Of a stretch of DNA of 64,000 bases, positions 9,601-19,081 are shown piece after piece (positions within the stretch are counted from its first letter, which is position 1; the number at the start of each line of letters is the position of its first letter). The translations under genes were made by a program, and so were the position numbers. This DNA is from an uncultured Gammaproteobacteria bacterium (GTDB lineage: Bacteria; Patescibacteriota; Microgenomatia; 2-02-FULL-39-11): positions 70,567 through 134,566 of the forward strand of contig CAYGXQ010000001.1 of assembly GCA_964354025.1 (NCBI GenBank), written 5' to 3'. The notes beneath the pieces were generated by a model. That model was not told the DNA's origin. It saw only the letters and a program-made list of their open reading frames with translations, and ran no database searches.

Positions 9601-9671
9601 TCCGCCAGCTGGCGGATTTAACCCAAATAAATATTTTAAAAAATTTGAACGGGTAAAGGAGGTCTTTATAT

Positions 9672-9974
9672 ATGGTTATTAAGCCAAATTCTATCAAACC
9701 GCTTTTTGATTACGTTCTCGTCAAACCCCTTGAAGAAGAAACCAAAACCCCGGGCGGAATATTGCTTCCCGATACAGTCAAAGAAAAACCCCAGATGGGT
9801 CAGGTCATGGCGATCGGTCCGGGAACAACAGACGATAAAGGTCATCCGGTAAAAGTTTTAGTCAAAGCCGGCCAAAAAGTGATGTACAAAAAATGGGGCG
9901 GCAACGAAATCAAAGTCGAAGGCAAAGAATGGTTGCTGGTCGAACAAAAAGATATCTTAGCTGTTATTGAATAA
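9672..9974 (+). CDS. groES: co-chaperonin GroES
   Basis: MVIKPNSIKPLFDYVLVKP...TPGGILLPDT...VEQKDILAVIE. RBS AAAGGAGGT at 9655-9663. Confidence 0.95.
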   Translation: MVIKPNSIKPLFDYVLVKPLEEETKTPGGILLPDTVKEKPQMGQVMAIGPGTTDDKGHPVKVLVKAGQKVMYKKWGGNEIKVEGKEWLLVEQKDILAVIE

Positions 9975-10106
9975 TAATTGTTATAAAGGTTAAGCCCGCC
10001 TGCTCTTACTTCTCGCCTTACCTACTATTCGTAGCGCGGCTCGAAGAGCGAGCTTAGGCGGGTTCAAGAAACTGTAATCCCGATAAGATCGGGAAACAGT
10101 TTCTAG

Positions 10107-11774
<1,668 letters not shown>

Positions 11775-11796
11775 AGTAATCAAAAATTATCAAAAT

Positions 11797-11829
11797 CAAA
11801 AAGTCCCGAGTCTACCTCGGGACTTTTTA
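11797..11829. terminator. bidirectional rho-independent terminator
   Basis: A-tract, stem gtcccgag / ctcgggac with 5-nt loop, then TTTTTA. Lies between convergent groEL and the minus-strand gene at 11849. Confidence 0.7.
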
Positions 11830-11848
11830 TATAGTTGATTTAGTCTCT

Positions 11849-12238
11849 TCACCATGAATTTATAATTGGAGTAACAGGAGATTTTATATTTTGTTGGAAA
11901 AAAAGAGATTTTTCTGATAAAAACGCGTATATTATAAACATATCAAGAAGTAGCGGAATAATTAAGAACAATGAGAAAGAGAAGATAAATGACAGGATAT
12001 TACCGATAGTGGTAAGAGTAATAGTTACTACTCCTGCGTACCAACTCCATTTTTTATGTCTTCTGATTGCAGAACCCAGGAAAAAAGAATAAATTCCTAA
12101 AATTAGTGCTATAAAACCCTGCCAGATTTGGCTGAGACTATCTACTTGACCACCACTAAAAAGTAATGGAAACAATACCATTACAATAAAAGAGAAAATA
12201 AATATCGGAGCTACAATTATAAACAGTAAAAAATACAC
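11849..12238 (-). CDS. small polytopic membrane protein, hypothetical
   Basis: 129 aa, about four hydrophobic helices. The predicted start is a GTG inside the flanking palindrome, so the true start is uncertain. Confidence 0.35.
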   Translation of the reverse strand: MYFLLFIIVAPIFIFSFIVMVLFPLLFSGGQVDSLSQIWQGFIALILGIYSFFLGSAIRRHKKWSWYAGVVTITLTTIGNILSFIFSFSLFLIIPLLLDMFIIYAFLSEKSLFFQQNIKSPVTPIINSW

Positions 12239-13008
12239 ACCAGGTGTGTATTAGCTTGACATATACGGGAAACTGATATAAATTGTAGTCATGCCGTACC
12301 GTAAGACCGTATTTGCTTGCGGAGAATATTACCACATTTACAACAGAGGCGTTGCTTATCAGCCGATTTATAAAAATAAAAGGGATTATGAAAGATTTTT
12401 ATTAACGCTTTCATATTACCGATTTCGGGACTGCCCGGTCAGACTTTCAAAATTATTGCTGACTCCTAAAGAAATCAGAGACGATATATTATCAGCCTTA
12501 GCTAAAGACAATAGTAAAAGAATAGAAATTCTTGCATATTGTCTTATGCCAAATCATTTTCATTTGCTTATTCAGCAAATCAAAGAAGGTGGAATATCAA
12601 AATATCTGCGTCAGTCAATAAATAGTTATGCAAAATACTTTAATACGAAATACAAAAGAGTAGGATCTCTTTTTCAGGATATGTTTAAGGCTGTCCGGAT
12701 AGAATCAGATGAGCAGCTTATACATGTTTCGCGATATATTCACCTTAATCCACTCGTTTCCTATTTGGTCAATCGAGAGGAACTACCCGAGTATCCTTGG
12801 TCATCACTGCAATCATATTTGGGAAAATCTGACTCTGATTTGGTAGTCGCGGAAACTGTTTTGGCCAATTTTAAAAACAAAAAGGAGTATATGCAATTTA
12901 TACTTGATCAGGAAGATTACGGAAAAAAGTTAGAACATATTAAACATCTTATGCTTGACGGAACATAATAATCCGTATGTGCAAACGTAATACACACCTG
13001 GTGTGTAT
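12233..13008 (+). mobile_element. HUH Y1 transposase gene (RAYT/IS200-like) flanked by inverted copies of a 19-bp palindrome
   Basis: atacacaccAGGtgtgtat at 12233-12251 and its reverse complement atacacaccTGGtgtgtat at 12990-13008 bracket the CDS. Confidence 0.7.
12291..12968 (+). CDS. REP-associated tyrosine transposase-like HUH endonuclease (Y1 transposase fold)
   Basis: HUH motif NHFHLLIQ and catalytic Tyr context SRYIHLNPL (compare RAYT YIHYNP). Own promoter TTGACA 12256-12261, ATAAAT about 12278-12283. Confidence 0.75.
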   Translation: MPYRKTVFACGEYYHIYNRGVAYQPIYKNKRDYERFLLTLSYYRFRDCPVRLSKLLLTPKEIRDDILSALAKDNSKRIEILAYCLMPNHFHLLIQQIKEGGISKYLRQSINSYAKYFNTKYKRVGSLFQDMFKAVRIESDEQLIHVSRYIHLNPLVSYLVNREELPEYPWSSLQSYLGKSDSDLVVAETVLANFKNKKEYMQFILDQEDYGKKLEHIKHLMLDGT

Positions 13009-13047
13009 GGTGTTGAAAAAAGGGTAGTTGGATGGTATAGTGAAGTC

Positions 13048-13896
13048 ATGAATAAGAAGGCTATCCTGATAGTCATTCTCTTTATTTCCGGTTTGGCAAT
13101 CGGCGGCTATAAACTCTTAAGCGCTCGCTCCATATCCAATTCCGGCATAAAAATAGCTTCTGTTCCTTCGGCCAGTGTTTTCTTAAACGACAAACTGGTC
13201 GGTAAAACCCCATATGAGGACAAATATCCGCCGGGAAAATATGTCGTCAAACTCATCCCCGAGGACACTTCCGCTAATTATTCTTCCTGGCAGGGAGAAG
13301 TTACCCTTAATTCCTCACTTTTGACCTATCTGAAACGGGAACTGGGTCCCAGTGAACTGCTTTCAGGCGGTGAGACTCTGACTTTAAGCAAGATTTCTAC
13401 GGCCACCGAGGCGCAAATTGACGTTTCTTCCCAGCCGGACGGAGCGAGAGTAATTTTTGACGGACAGGAAAAAGGGATGTCACCGGTTCTGATCCGCGAA
13501 GTTTCGCAGGGAGAGCATGATGTTTCGGTTTCTTCTCCCGGCTTCGTTCCGCGGACGATCAGGGCGCAGGTGACTTTAGGTTACAAACTCAATACCGCTT
13601 TTCAGCTGGCACTCCTTCCGAGCCAGCCGGCAACCGAATCGGGGGAAGTGACGACTACTCCCACTCCTCCTTCGAAAGAAAAGAGCGGTCAGGACAAGAC
13701 GGAAGTAACGATTAAAGATACGCCGACCGGATTTTTACGGGTCAGAAGCGGACCAAGCAGAAGTGCTTCCGAGGTCGCCCAGGTGAAACCGAAGGAAAAG
13801 TACTCCCTTTTGGACGAACAGAGCGGTTGGTACAAGATTGCTTATCTGGAGGGGAAAGAGGGTTGGATATCAAGCGCTTACGCTGAGAAGAACTAA
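13048..13896 (+). CDS. PEGA-domain protein with C-terminal SH3b-like domain, membrane anchored
   Basis: Two PEGA-like units (ASVFLNDKLVGKTPY ; GARVIFDGQEKGMSPV). C-terminal GFLRVRSGPS...SGWYKIAY...GWISSAY is SH3_3-like. Start taken at MNKKAILIV; the track start is a GTG inside the palindrome. Confidence 0.6.
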   Translation: MNKKAILIVILFISGLAIGGYKLLSARSISNSGIKIASVPSASVFLNDKLVGKTPYEDKYPPGKYVVKLIPEDTSANYSSWQGEVTLNSSLLTYLKRELGPSELLSGGETLTLSKISTATEAQIDVSSQPDGARVIFDGQEKGMSPVLIREVSQGEHDVSVSSPGFVPRTIRAQVTLGYKLNTAFQLALLPSQPATESGEVTTTPTPPSKEKSGQDKTEVTIKDTPTGFLRVRSGPSRSASEVAQVKPKEKYSLLDEQSGWYKIAYLEGKEGWISSAYAEKN

Positions 13897-14933
13897 TTGG
13901 ACAATTCTTTCTCATCCGGCAGTTTTCTGATCAGATTTACCCAAAAGATAAATCCCACAATAATGACCATCACCAATATCGTTACGAATACTTTCTGTTT
14001 CGAATTTAACATCAAAGCAAAGATGCCGAAAGCGGCGGTGATGAGCCAATAAAAAACGGCAATTTTTCGCTTCCCCCAACCCAACCGCAGCAGGTGATGA
14101 TGAAGGTGTTCCCGGGTGGCCCGAACCGGTGATTTATGGCTGACAATTCTTTTAAATAACATAAAAACGGCATCAGTCATCGGCATGGCCAAGACTAAAA
14201 GAGCCGTTCCTAATTTGCTGAAAGCCATAATGGAAAGGATAGCCAGTAAAAACCCGGCAAGAGTTTTGCCTCCGTATCCGGGCATAATTTTTTGCGGATA
14301 ATAATTCCACGGCAAAAAACCAAGGAAAGCGCCAGCGGTGAGAAAAGAAAGGACAAGAACCGGCAGTTGTTGCGGATCCAAAAGAGCGAAGCGCAGGGAC
14401 AAGAGTCCGATAATGACTGCCGCAATCGAGACAAAGCCGGGCAGTTGTCCGTCAACTCCTCCGGACCAGCCGATGATATTAGTCGTCCAGATGATCCAGA
14501 TGAAAGCAAGCAGATTTCCCGCCCCGGGAGAAAGCGGGAGGATACCGCCGAAAGGATTAGTGATGTAAGGGATAGTGACGCCGGATGAGACAACGATGAC
14601 AGCGGCCAGGCAGTTGGTAAAAAAGCGAAGATAAGGAGAGCGGTCTTTTCTGTCATCCCAAAGACCGACGGCAATCAAAATGACAGAGGCGATGAAGATG
14701 CCGATGATCTGTTTCATCTGCGGATATAGCAAAACCAGCGGCCAAAAGATGCCGATAAAAATGGCCAGGCCGCCGGCGCGCGGAATTATTCCCTGATGGG
14801 TGTGGGCGGGATGGGGACGGATTTTGGGATTATCTACCAGTTGGAAACGGAGGGCGATTTTTATCACATAAGGAGTAATCAGATAGGTGATGATGGCCGA
14901 AGTGATGATAGACCAGAGAATTAAAAATAGCAT
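13893..14933 (-). CDS. family 4 glycosyltransferase, polyprenyl-phosphate N-acetylhexosamine-1-phosphate transferase (MraY/WecA family)
   Basis: About ten TM segments; GLWDDRKD, NIIGWSGGVDGQ and HLHHHL motifs typical of MraY/WecA-type enzymes. Confidence 0.65.
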   Translation of the reverse strand: MLFLILWSIITSAIITYLITPYVIKIALRFQLVDNPKIRPHPAHTHQGIIPRAGGLAIFIGIFWPLVLLYPQMKQIIGIFIASVILIAVGLWDDRKDRSPYLRFFTNCLAAVIVVSSGVTIPYITNPFGGILPLSPGAGNLLAFIWIIWTTNIIGWSGGVDGQLPGFVSIAAVIIGLLSLRFALLDPQQLPVLVLSFLTAGAFLGFLPWNYYPQKIMPGYGGKTLAGFLLAILSIMAFSKLGTALLVLAMPMTDAVFMLFKRIVSHKSPVRATREHLHHHLLRLGWGKRKIAVFYWLITAAFGIFALMLNSKQKVFVTILVMVIIVGFIFWVNLIRKLPDEKELSN

Positions 14934-15311
14934 TTAAGTGACCAGAAAAATAATTTTTAAACAGGCGATCAGGAACAGAAAAGAAACTACCGTCCCTGAA
15001 ATAACCAGAAGATAAGCGGCGGTTTTCCTAGTTTCAAAGATGCCGGCCGCCAGAAAAAAATTGAGGGAAAAAAAGATGATAGAAAAAAGAAACGGGATAA
15101 AAATGCCGTAAGGGGAAGTAAGCTGCTCTACGCCTCTGGGGAGAGAGTAAAAAAGCGGCAATTGCGGCGGGAGTTTGTTCCATTTGAAGATGATGGCGAT
15201 CAGAAAAACCGCGATAATCCCCAAAAAGATCCTGATTAAATTTTCCGCCAGTTTATCTTTTAATAATACTTTAATCTTTTCTTTCATATCAGCGGATGAG
15301 AAGCAGGTCAT
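14934..15311 (-). CDS. small membrane protein, hypothetical
   Basis: 125 aa, three hydrophobic helices, co-directional with the GT genes. Confidence 0.4.
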   Translation of the reverse strand: MTCFSSADMKEKIKVLLKDKLAENLIRIFLGIIAVFLIAIIFKWNKLPPQLPLFYSLPRGVEQLTSPYGIFIPFLFSIIFFSLNFFLAAGIFETRKTAAYLLVISGTVVSFLFLIACLKIIFLVT

Positions 15312-16587
15312 AAGTCGCGTTATCTTTCATAAGATAAGTTTTTGAAGGCGGAGGAGGAAAATCCGCCCTGGAAACAGCCGGAAAAACGACGTTGACGCCG
15401 ATATAATCAGGAACGGTGATGCTATTGGGATTATAGATAAATACTTTTTCCGGGAATTTATAATAAAAAGCGGATTCCAAAAAAGCAATCGGAGTTTGGG
15501 TATAAACAAAATCAGACGCTTCAGCATTTTTGTTTATTTCCGAAAAAGCGCTCTTGAAATCGGTTTTGCGGTGACCCGGGACCAGGGCGATATCGATAAC
15601 AATGACTAAAAGAAGAAAAGCAGCGGCGGTAAAATTTCTCAATAATTTGTTTTTAATGCTCCAGATGCCCAAAGAGATGCCGAAGATTTCAAAAACAGTG
15701 ATAAAAATAAAATAGCGGTTGACATAAATCGGCCGGCGAAGATATGAATAGCCCAAAACTCCAAATAAGGTAAAAAATATCGGCGTCAAAAATAACAAAG
15801 CCTGTTTCTTATTTTGCCGAAATCCTATCCAGAAGAAAACAAGGATGATGACTGAAAGCCAAAAAGTCAAAGGCCACCAGTTGCCCGGCGTGCCTTCGAA
15901 GTTGGTAAAAAGATTGCCCAAAACTGATTTAACCAGTTGCAGGTCAACCGGGAAGATCCAGGAATCTTTTGAACGTATAAATTGATTTATGAGGACCGGC
16001 AGCCAGGGAAGGAAGAAAAGCAGCGGTTTGGCGGTATTGATTATCAGCCTGCGGTGGTTTTGTTTGGTCAGAAAATAATAAATGATGAAAGATACGGGGA
16101 TAAGGATAAAAAATGACTGGGTGTAAAGTCCCAGGACAGTCGCAACTAAATACCCTTTCCACTCTTTTTTGTACCAGAAATATAAGGAACAAACGGTAAA
16201 CAGGGCATAAAAAGAATACATCCGGATTTCAAAAGCGTAATAGAGAAGCATCGGGTTGAAAAAAGTGAAAGCGGCAACATATAGGGCAAAGCGGCGGGAA
16301 AAGATTTTCTCCGCCAGAAGCGAGGCCACATAAACACTGATAACGAAAGCCAGAAAAGAAAGCAGTCTCAGTCCTACGTCTGATTTGCCGACGATTTGCA
16401 TCCACAAATGCAAAATCAGGTAATAAAAAGGAGGGTTAAAATCATGGGCGGTATTGCTGATGATCTTTATCAGATCCGGTTTAGCCATAAAATATGAAAA
16501 AGCCTCGTCCCGCCAAATTGACTGGATCAGATAAAAAAGCGGTGTTTGGTAGAAAATATAATTAACAATATTCATTTTGTATTCCAA
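15289..16587 (-). CDS. GT-C fold glycosyltransferase (ArnT/PMT family 39/83-like)
   Basis: Polytopic; early DEAFSY loop motif characteristic of ArnT/PMT-type GT-C enzymes. Confidence 0.6.
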   Translation of the reverse strand: MEYKMNIVNYIFYQTPLFYLIQSIWRDEAFSYFMAKPDLIKIISNTAHDFNPPFYYLILHLWMQIVGKSDVGLRLLSFLAFVISVYVASLLAEKIFSRRFALYVAAFTFFNPMLLYYAFEIRMYSFYALFTVCSLYFWYKKEWKGYLVATVLGLYTQSFFILIPVSFIIYYFLTKQNHRRLIINTAKPLLFFLPWLPVLINQFIRSKDSWIFPVDLQLVKSVLGNLFTNFEGTPGNWWPLTFWLSVIILVFFWIGFRQNKKQALLFLTPIFFTLFGVLGYSYLRRPIYVNRYFIFITVFEIFGISLGIWSIKNKLLRNFTAAAFLLLVIVIDIALVPGHRKTDFKSAFSEINKNAEASDFVYTQTPIAFLESAFYYKFPEKVFIYNPNSITVPDYIGVNVVFPAVSRADFPPPPSKTYLMKDNATYDLLLIR

Positions 16588-16590
16588 CGG

Positions 16591-16652
16591 GATCCCTCGA
16601 TCCGCCAGCTGGCGGACTCGGGATGACAGAAAAGATTTAAATCTTTTCTGTC
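16591..16652. repeat. composite structured repeat: 16-bp perfect palindrome plus family-1 end module plus hairpin
   Basis: gatccctcga, then tccgccagctggcgga (16601-16616; the identical 16-mer is at 9601-9616), then ctcgggatgacag, then hairpin gacagaaaagatttaaatcttttctgtc. Confidence 0.6.
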
Positions 16653-18121
16653 ACTTTATATTCTAACCTTTTCCCCAAAAGAAGTCTGGTGTGCGCATCA
16701 AGGGCGGGAAGAGAGGAAAAAAGGAAAGAGACAATCGGCAGTAGAATCCACTGGAAAAGAAGAAGCGGAGTAGTGGAAATAGAAGTGTGAGCCGGCCTTT
16801 TCGGCCGGGATTTGGCATCCAGAATAATCAAGACCAAAAGAAAAGTAGTAGTAATCGTCAAAATCAAACCGGACATTTTCGGTAAATTATGCCCGAGGGT
16901 AGTTCTTGAAAAAACCGGATTAACCAAAGCCGGAATAGAAGCTCCCAACGTCAGGATGAAAAAAGAAGTCGGCCAAAAAAGATGGGTTTCGACAACGTAT
17001 AAGACGCGGTACAGCTTCGGCAGGATGGGGATATGTGAAGAGGTGAAAAACTTCTTCAAAGCATAAGGGACATCGGTAATTCCCCAAGCCCAGCGTTTTT
17101 CCTGTTCATAACGGGATTTGAAAGCATTTAAAAGAGTATTGCTGTTGACGGCATCGCGGGAAATCGTCAGATAAATAGGCAGCGTTTTTACTTTTTCACC
17201 TAAGGTAAAGAAAGCCTGAAGGAAAATATGCCAGTCTTCCGGAATGATATCCGTATCCCAATAACCGATTTTCTCAAGCATTTGTAAAGATAGAGAATAA
17301 GTGGAAATTTGGATTAAACTGCCAGGACGGGCAAGAGAAGCCAGGCGGGTAATGCTGGAAATGGTTGCCTGGATTCTGATGGGAAGAGGCACTTCCCAAA
17401 AATTGCTGTAAAGAAGAACCGGTGCCCAGTAGAAATGGTAGTAACGCTCTCCGTCAGTCAAAAACATAAAAGTCAGGTAGGAAAAATATTTTGCCGGGAA
17501 AAGAGAGTCGGCATCGCTTGAGGTGACGGTCACAAAATCCGGATTAATCTTTTTCTTTCTGATCACTTGGCTTAAATATTTGGCCGCCCAGGCGGCATTA
17601 CTGGCTTTGCCGGCAATTTCCCCGATTTTGGCCTGGTGGTATGTTGCCTCGATTAAGCCGAATTTACCTTTGAACTCGGCGATTAAAGCCTTTGCCCGTT
17701 CATGGGCCTGTTCACCCTCCCTTTCTTCCATGGCCAAAATGATGAAAATACGTTTGACGGGAAAATCCTGATTTACCAGAAATTCAAGGGTTTTTTTGAC
17801 TTTTTCCGTTGTTTCCTTGTAATTAGTGATGATGACAGCGTGATATATTTGGGCGTAATCGGGTAATTTTTTCGACTTTACAGCCCAATCAACCTGCGAA
17901 AGTTTGCGGAGCTTAAGGTAGGAAACGGTTGACATGATGGTCATGGATAGGGACTTGTAAAAGAAATAAACATCAAAACTGAGGATGAAATAGGCAACGA
18001 GGGCCGGGTGAAAAACAGAAAGCCAGACAGGTAAAGTGATGATCAGCCAGGTAGTGACCGGAATGATCATTTCAAAAAAACGCTCGATGAGATGCGGGTA
18101 ACGGTTAAAAAAGGCACGCAT
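16637..18121 (-). CDS. family 2 glycosyltransferase, cellulose/chitin/hyaluronan-synthase-like processive type
   Basis: DADS...QEKRWAWG (QxxRW) motif, cytoplasmic GT-A domain between N- and C-terminal TM bundles. Confidence 0.7.
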   Translation of the reverse strand: MRAFFNRYPHLIERFFEMIIPVTTWLIITLPVWLSVFHPALVAYFILSFDVYFFYKSLSMTIMSTVSYLKLRKLSQVDWAVKSKKLPDYAQIYHAVIITNYKETTEKVKKTLEFLVNQDFPVKRIFIILAMEEREGEQAHERAKALIAEFKGKFGLIEATYHQAKIGEIAGKASNAAWAAKYLSQVIRKKKINPDFVTVTSSDADSLFPAKYFSYLTFMFLTDGERYYHFYWAPVLLYSNFWEVPLPIRIQATISSITRLASLARPGSLIQISTYSLSLQMLEKIGYWDTDIIPEDWHIFLQAFFTLGEKVKTLPIYLTISRDAVNSNTLLNAFKSRYEQEKRWAWGITDVPYALKKFFTSSHIPILPKLYRVLYVVETHLFWPTSFFILTLGASIPALVNPVFSRTTLGHNLPKMSGLILTITTTFLLVLIILDAKSRPKRPAHTSISTTPLLLFQWILLPIVSFLFSSLPALDAHTRLLLGKRLEYKVTEKI

Positions 18122-18169
18122 ATTTTACGGGATTAATCCTTCGGCTACGCTCAGGATGAATCTATTGTA

Positions 18170-18973
18170 TCACAATCCGTGCGGTAAACGAAATAATTTT
18201 AGCGCGTTGGAACAGGTAATTTCCATTACTTTGTCGAGAGTAGTTTTTTTGATTTCCGCGACCGTTTGGGCGGTGTAAACCAAAAAAGCGGGTTCATTGC
18301 GATTGCCTCTTTGGGGGACCGGTGTTAAAAACGGAGCGTCGGTTTCCAGCAATAATTTATCATATGGCGCGTATTCCACCAGCTGCCGTAAATGCCCGTT
18401 TTCCGGATAGGTGATGTTGCCGTCAAAACCGAGGTAAAAGCCCATTTCCAACACTTGGGCCAGTTGTTGAATGTTACCGCTGAAACAATGGAATACACCT
18501 GAAATACTTTTATCCTTAATAATATTTAATAAATCATCAAAGGCTTCGCGGCAGTGCAGGATGACCGGCAAATTGTTTTCTTGAGCCAGTTCAAGCTGAA
18601 AAATAAACAACTCTTTTTGCCGCTTTTTTGAATCTTTATCAACCGCCGGGCCATCTTTATATTGATAATAATCAAGACCGATTTCGCCGACGGCCACTAT
18701 TTTGGGTTGTTTAATCAAGCCGGTTAGAATTTTTTCAAGATCACTCGCCTTGCCGGCATCTGATAACAGATCGGCATGGTGTGGGTGGATGCCGACGGCG
18801 GCAAAACAATTAGTATATTGCCCCGCGATTTCAATTGCTTTCCGGCTGGTATCAATTTTGGCGCCAGGAATAATAATTTTACCTATATTATTATTACTTG
18901 CCCGTTCGATGACTTCCCCAATATCCTTTTTGTATGACTTGAAATTCAAATGACAGTGAGTATCTATTAACAT
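18170..18973 (-). CDS. tatD: TatD family metal-dependent hydrolase
   Basis: MLIDTHCHLNF..., GEIGLDYY, conserved His/Asp pattern. The 5' extension MGLLRFARNDNPNKNS in the track ORF is a translated repeat and is excluded. Confidence 0.85.
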   Translation of the reverse strand: MLIDTHCHLNFKSYKKDIGEVIERASNNNIGKIIIPGAKIDTSRKAIEIAGQYTNCFAAVGIHPHHADLLSDAGKASDLEKILTGLIKQPKIVAVGEIGLDYYQYKDGPAVDKDSKKRQKELFIFQLELAQENNLPVILHCREAFDDLLNIIKDKSISGVFHCFSGNIQQLAQVLEMGFYLGFDGNITYPENGHLRQLVEYAPYDKLLLETDAPFLTPVPQRGNRNEPAFLVYTAQTVAEIKKTTLDKVMEITCSNALKLFRLPHGL

Positions 18974-18990
18974 TGAATTTTTATTAGGAT

Positions 18991-19060
18991 TGTCATTGCG
19001 AGCAAAGCGAAGCAATCCCATCCGAGATTGCCACGGCTACTTCGTAGCCTCGCAATGACA
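18991..19060. repeat. family-1 structured repeat with 12-bp perfect terminal inverted repeats
   Basis: tgtcattgcgag ... ctcgcaatgaca. The internal segment cgaagcgaagcaatcccatccgagattgc occurs inverted in the copy at 32483-32557. Confidence 0.7.
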
Positions 19061-19081
19061 AATAACAATATAATTTATGAC

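Noticed and set aside
18974-19021. N-terminal extension MGLLRFARNDNPNKNS on tatD (and similar extensions on the ORFs at 35054-36118, 36020-36562, 13003, 11849-12238)
   Set aside because: These extensions are translations of the flanking repeats or palindromes (LRFARNDN, HTPGV from CACACCNGGTGTG) and several begin at GTG or TTG. The conserved proteins start at internal Met codons.
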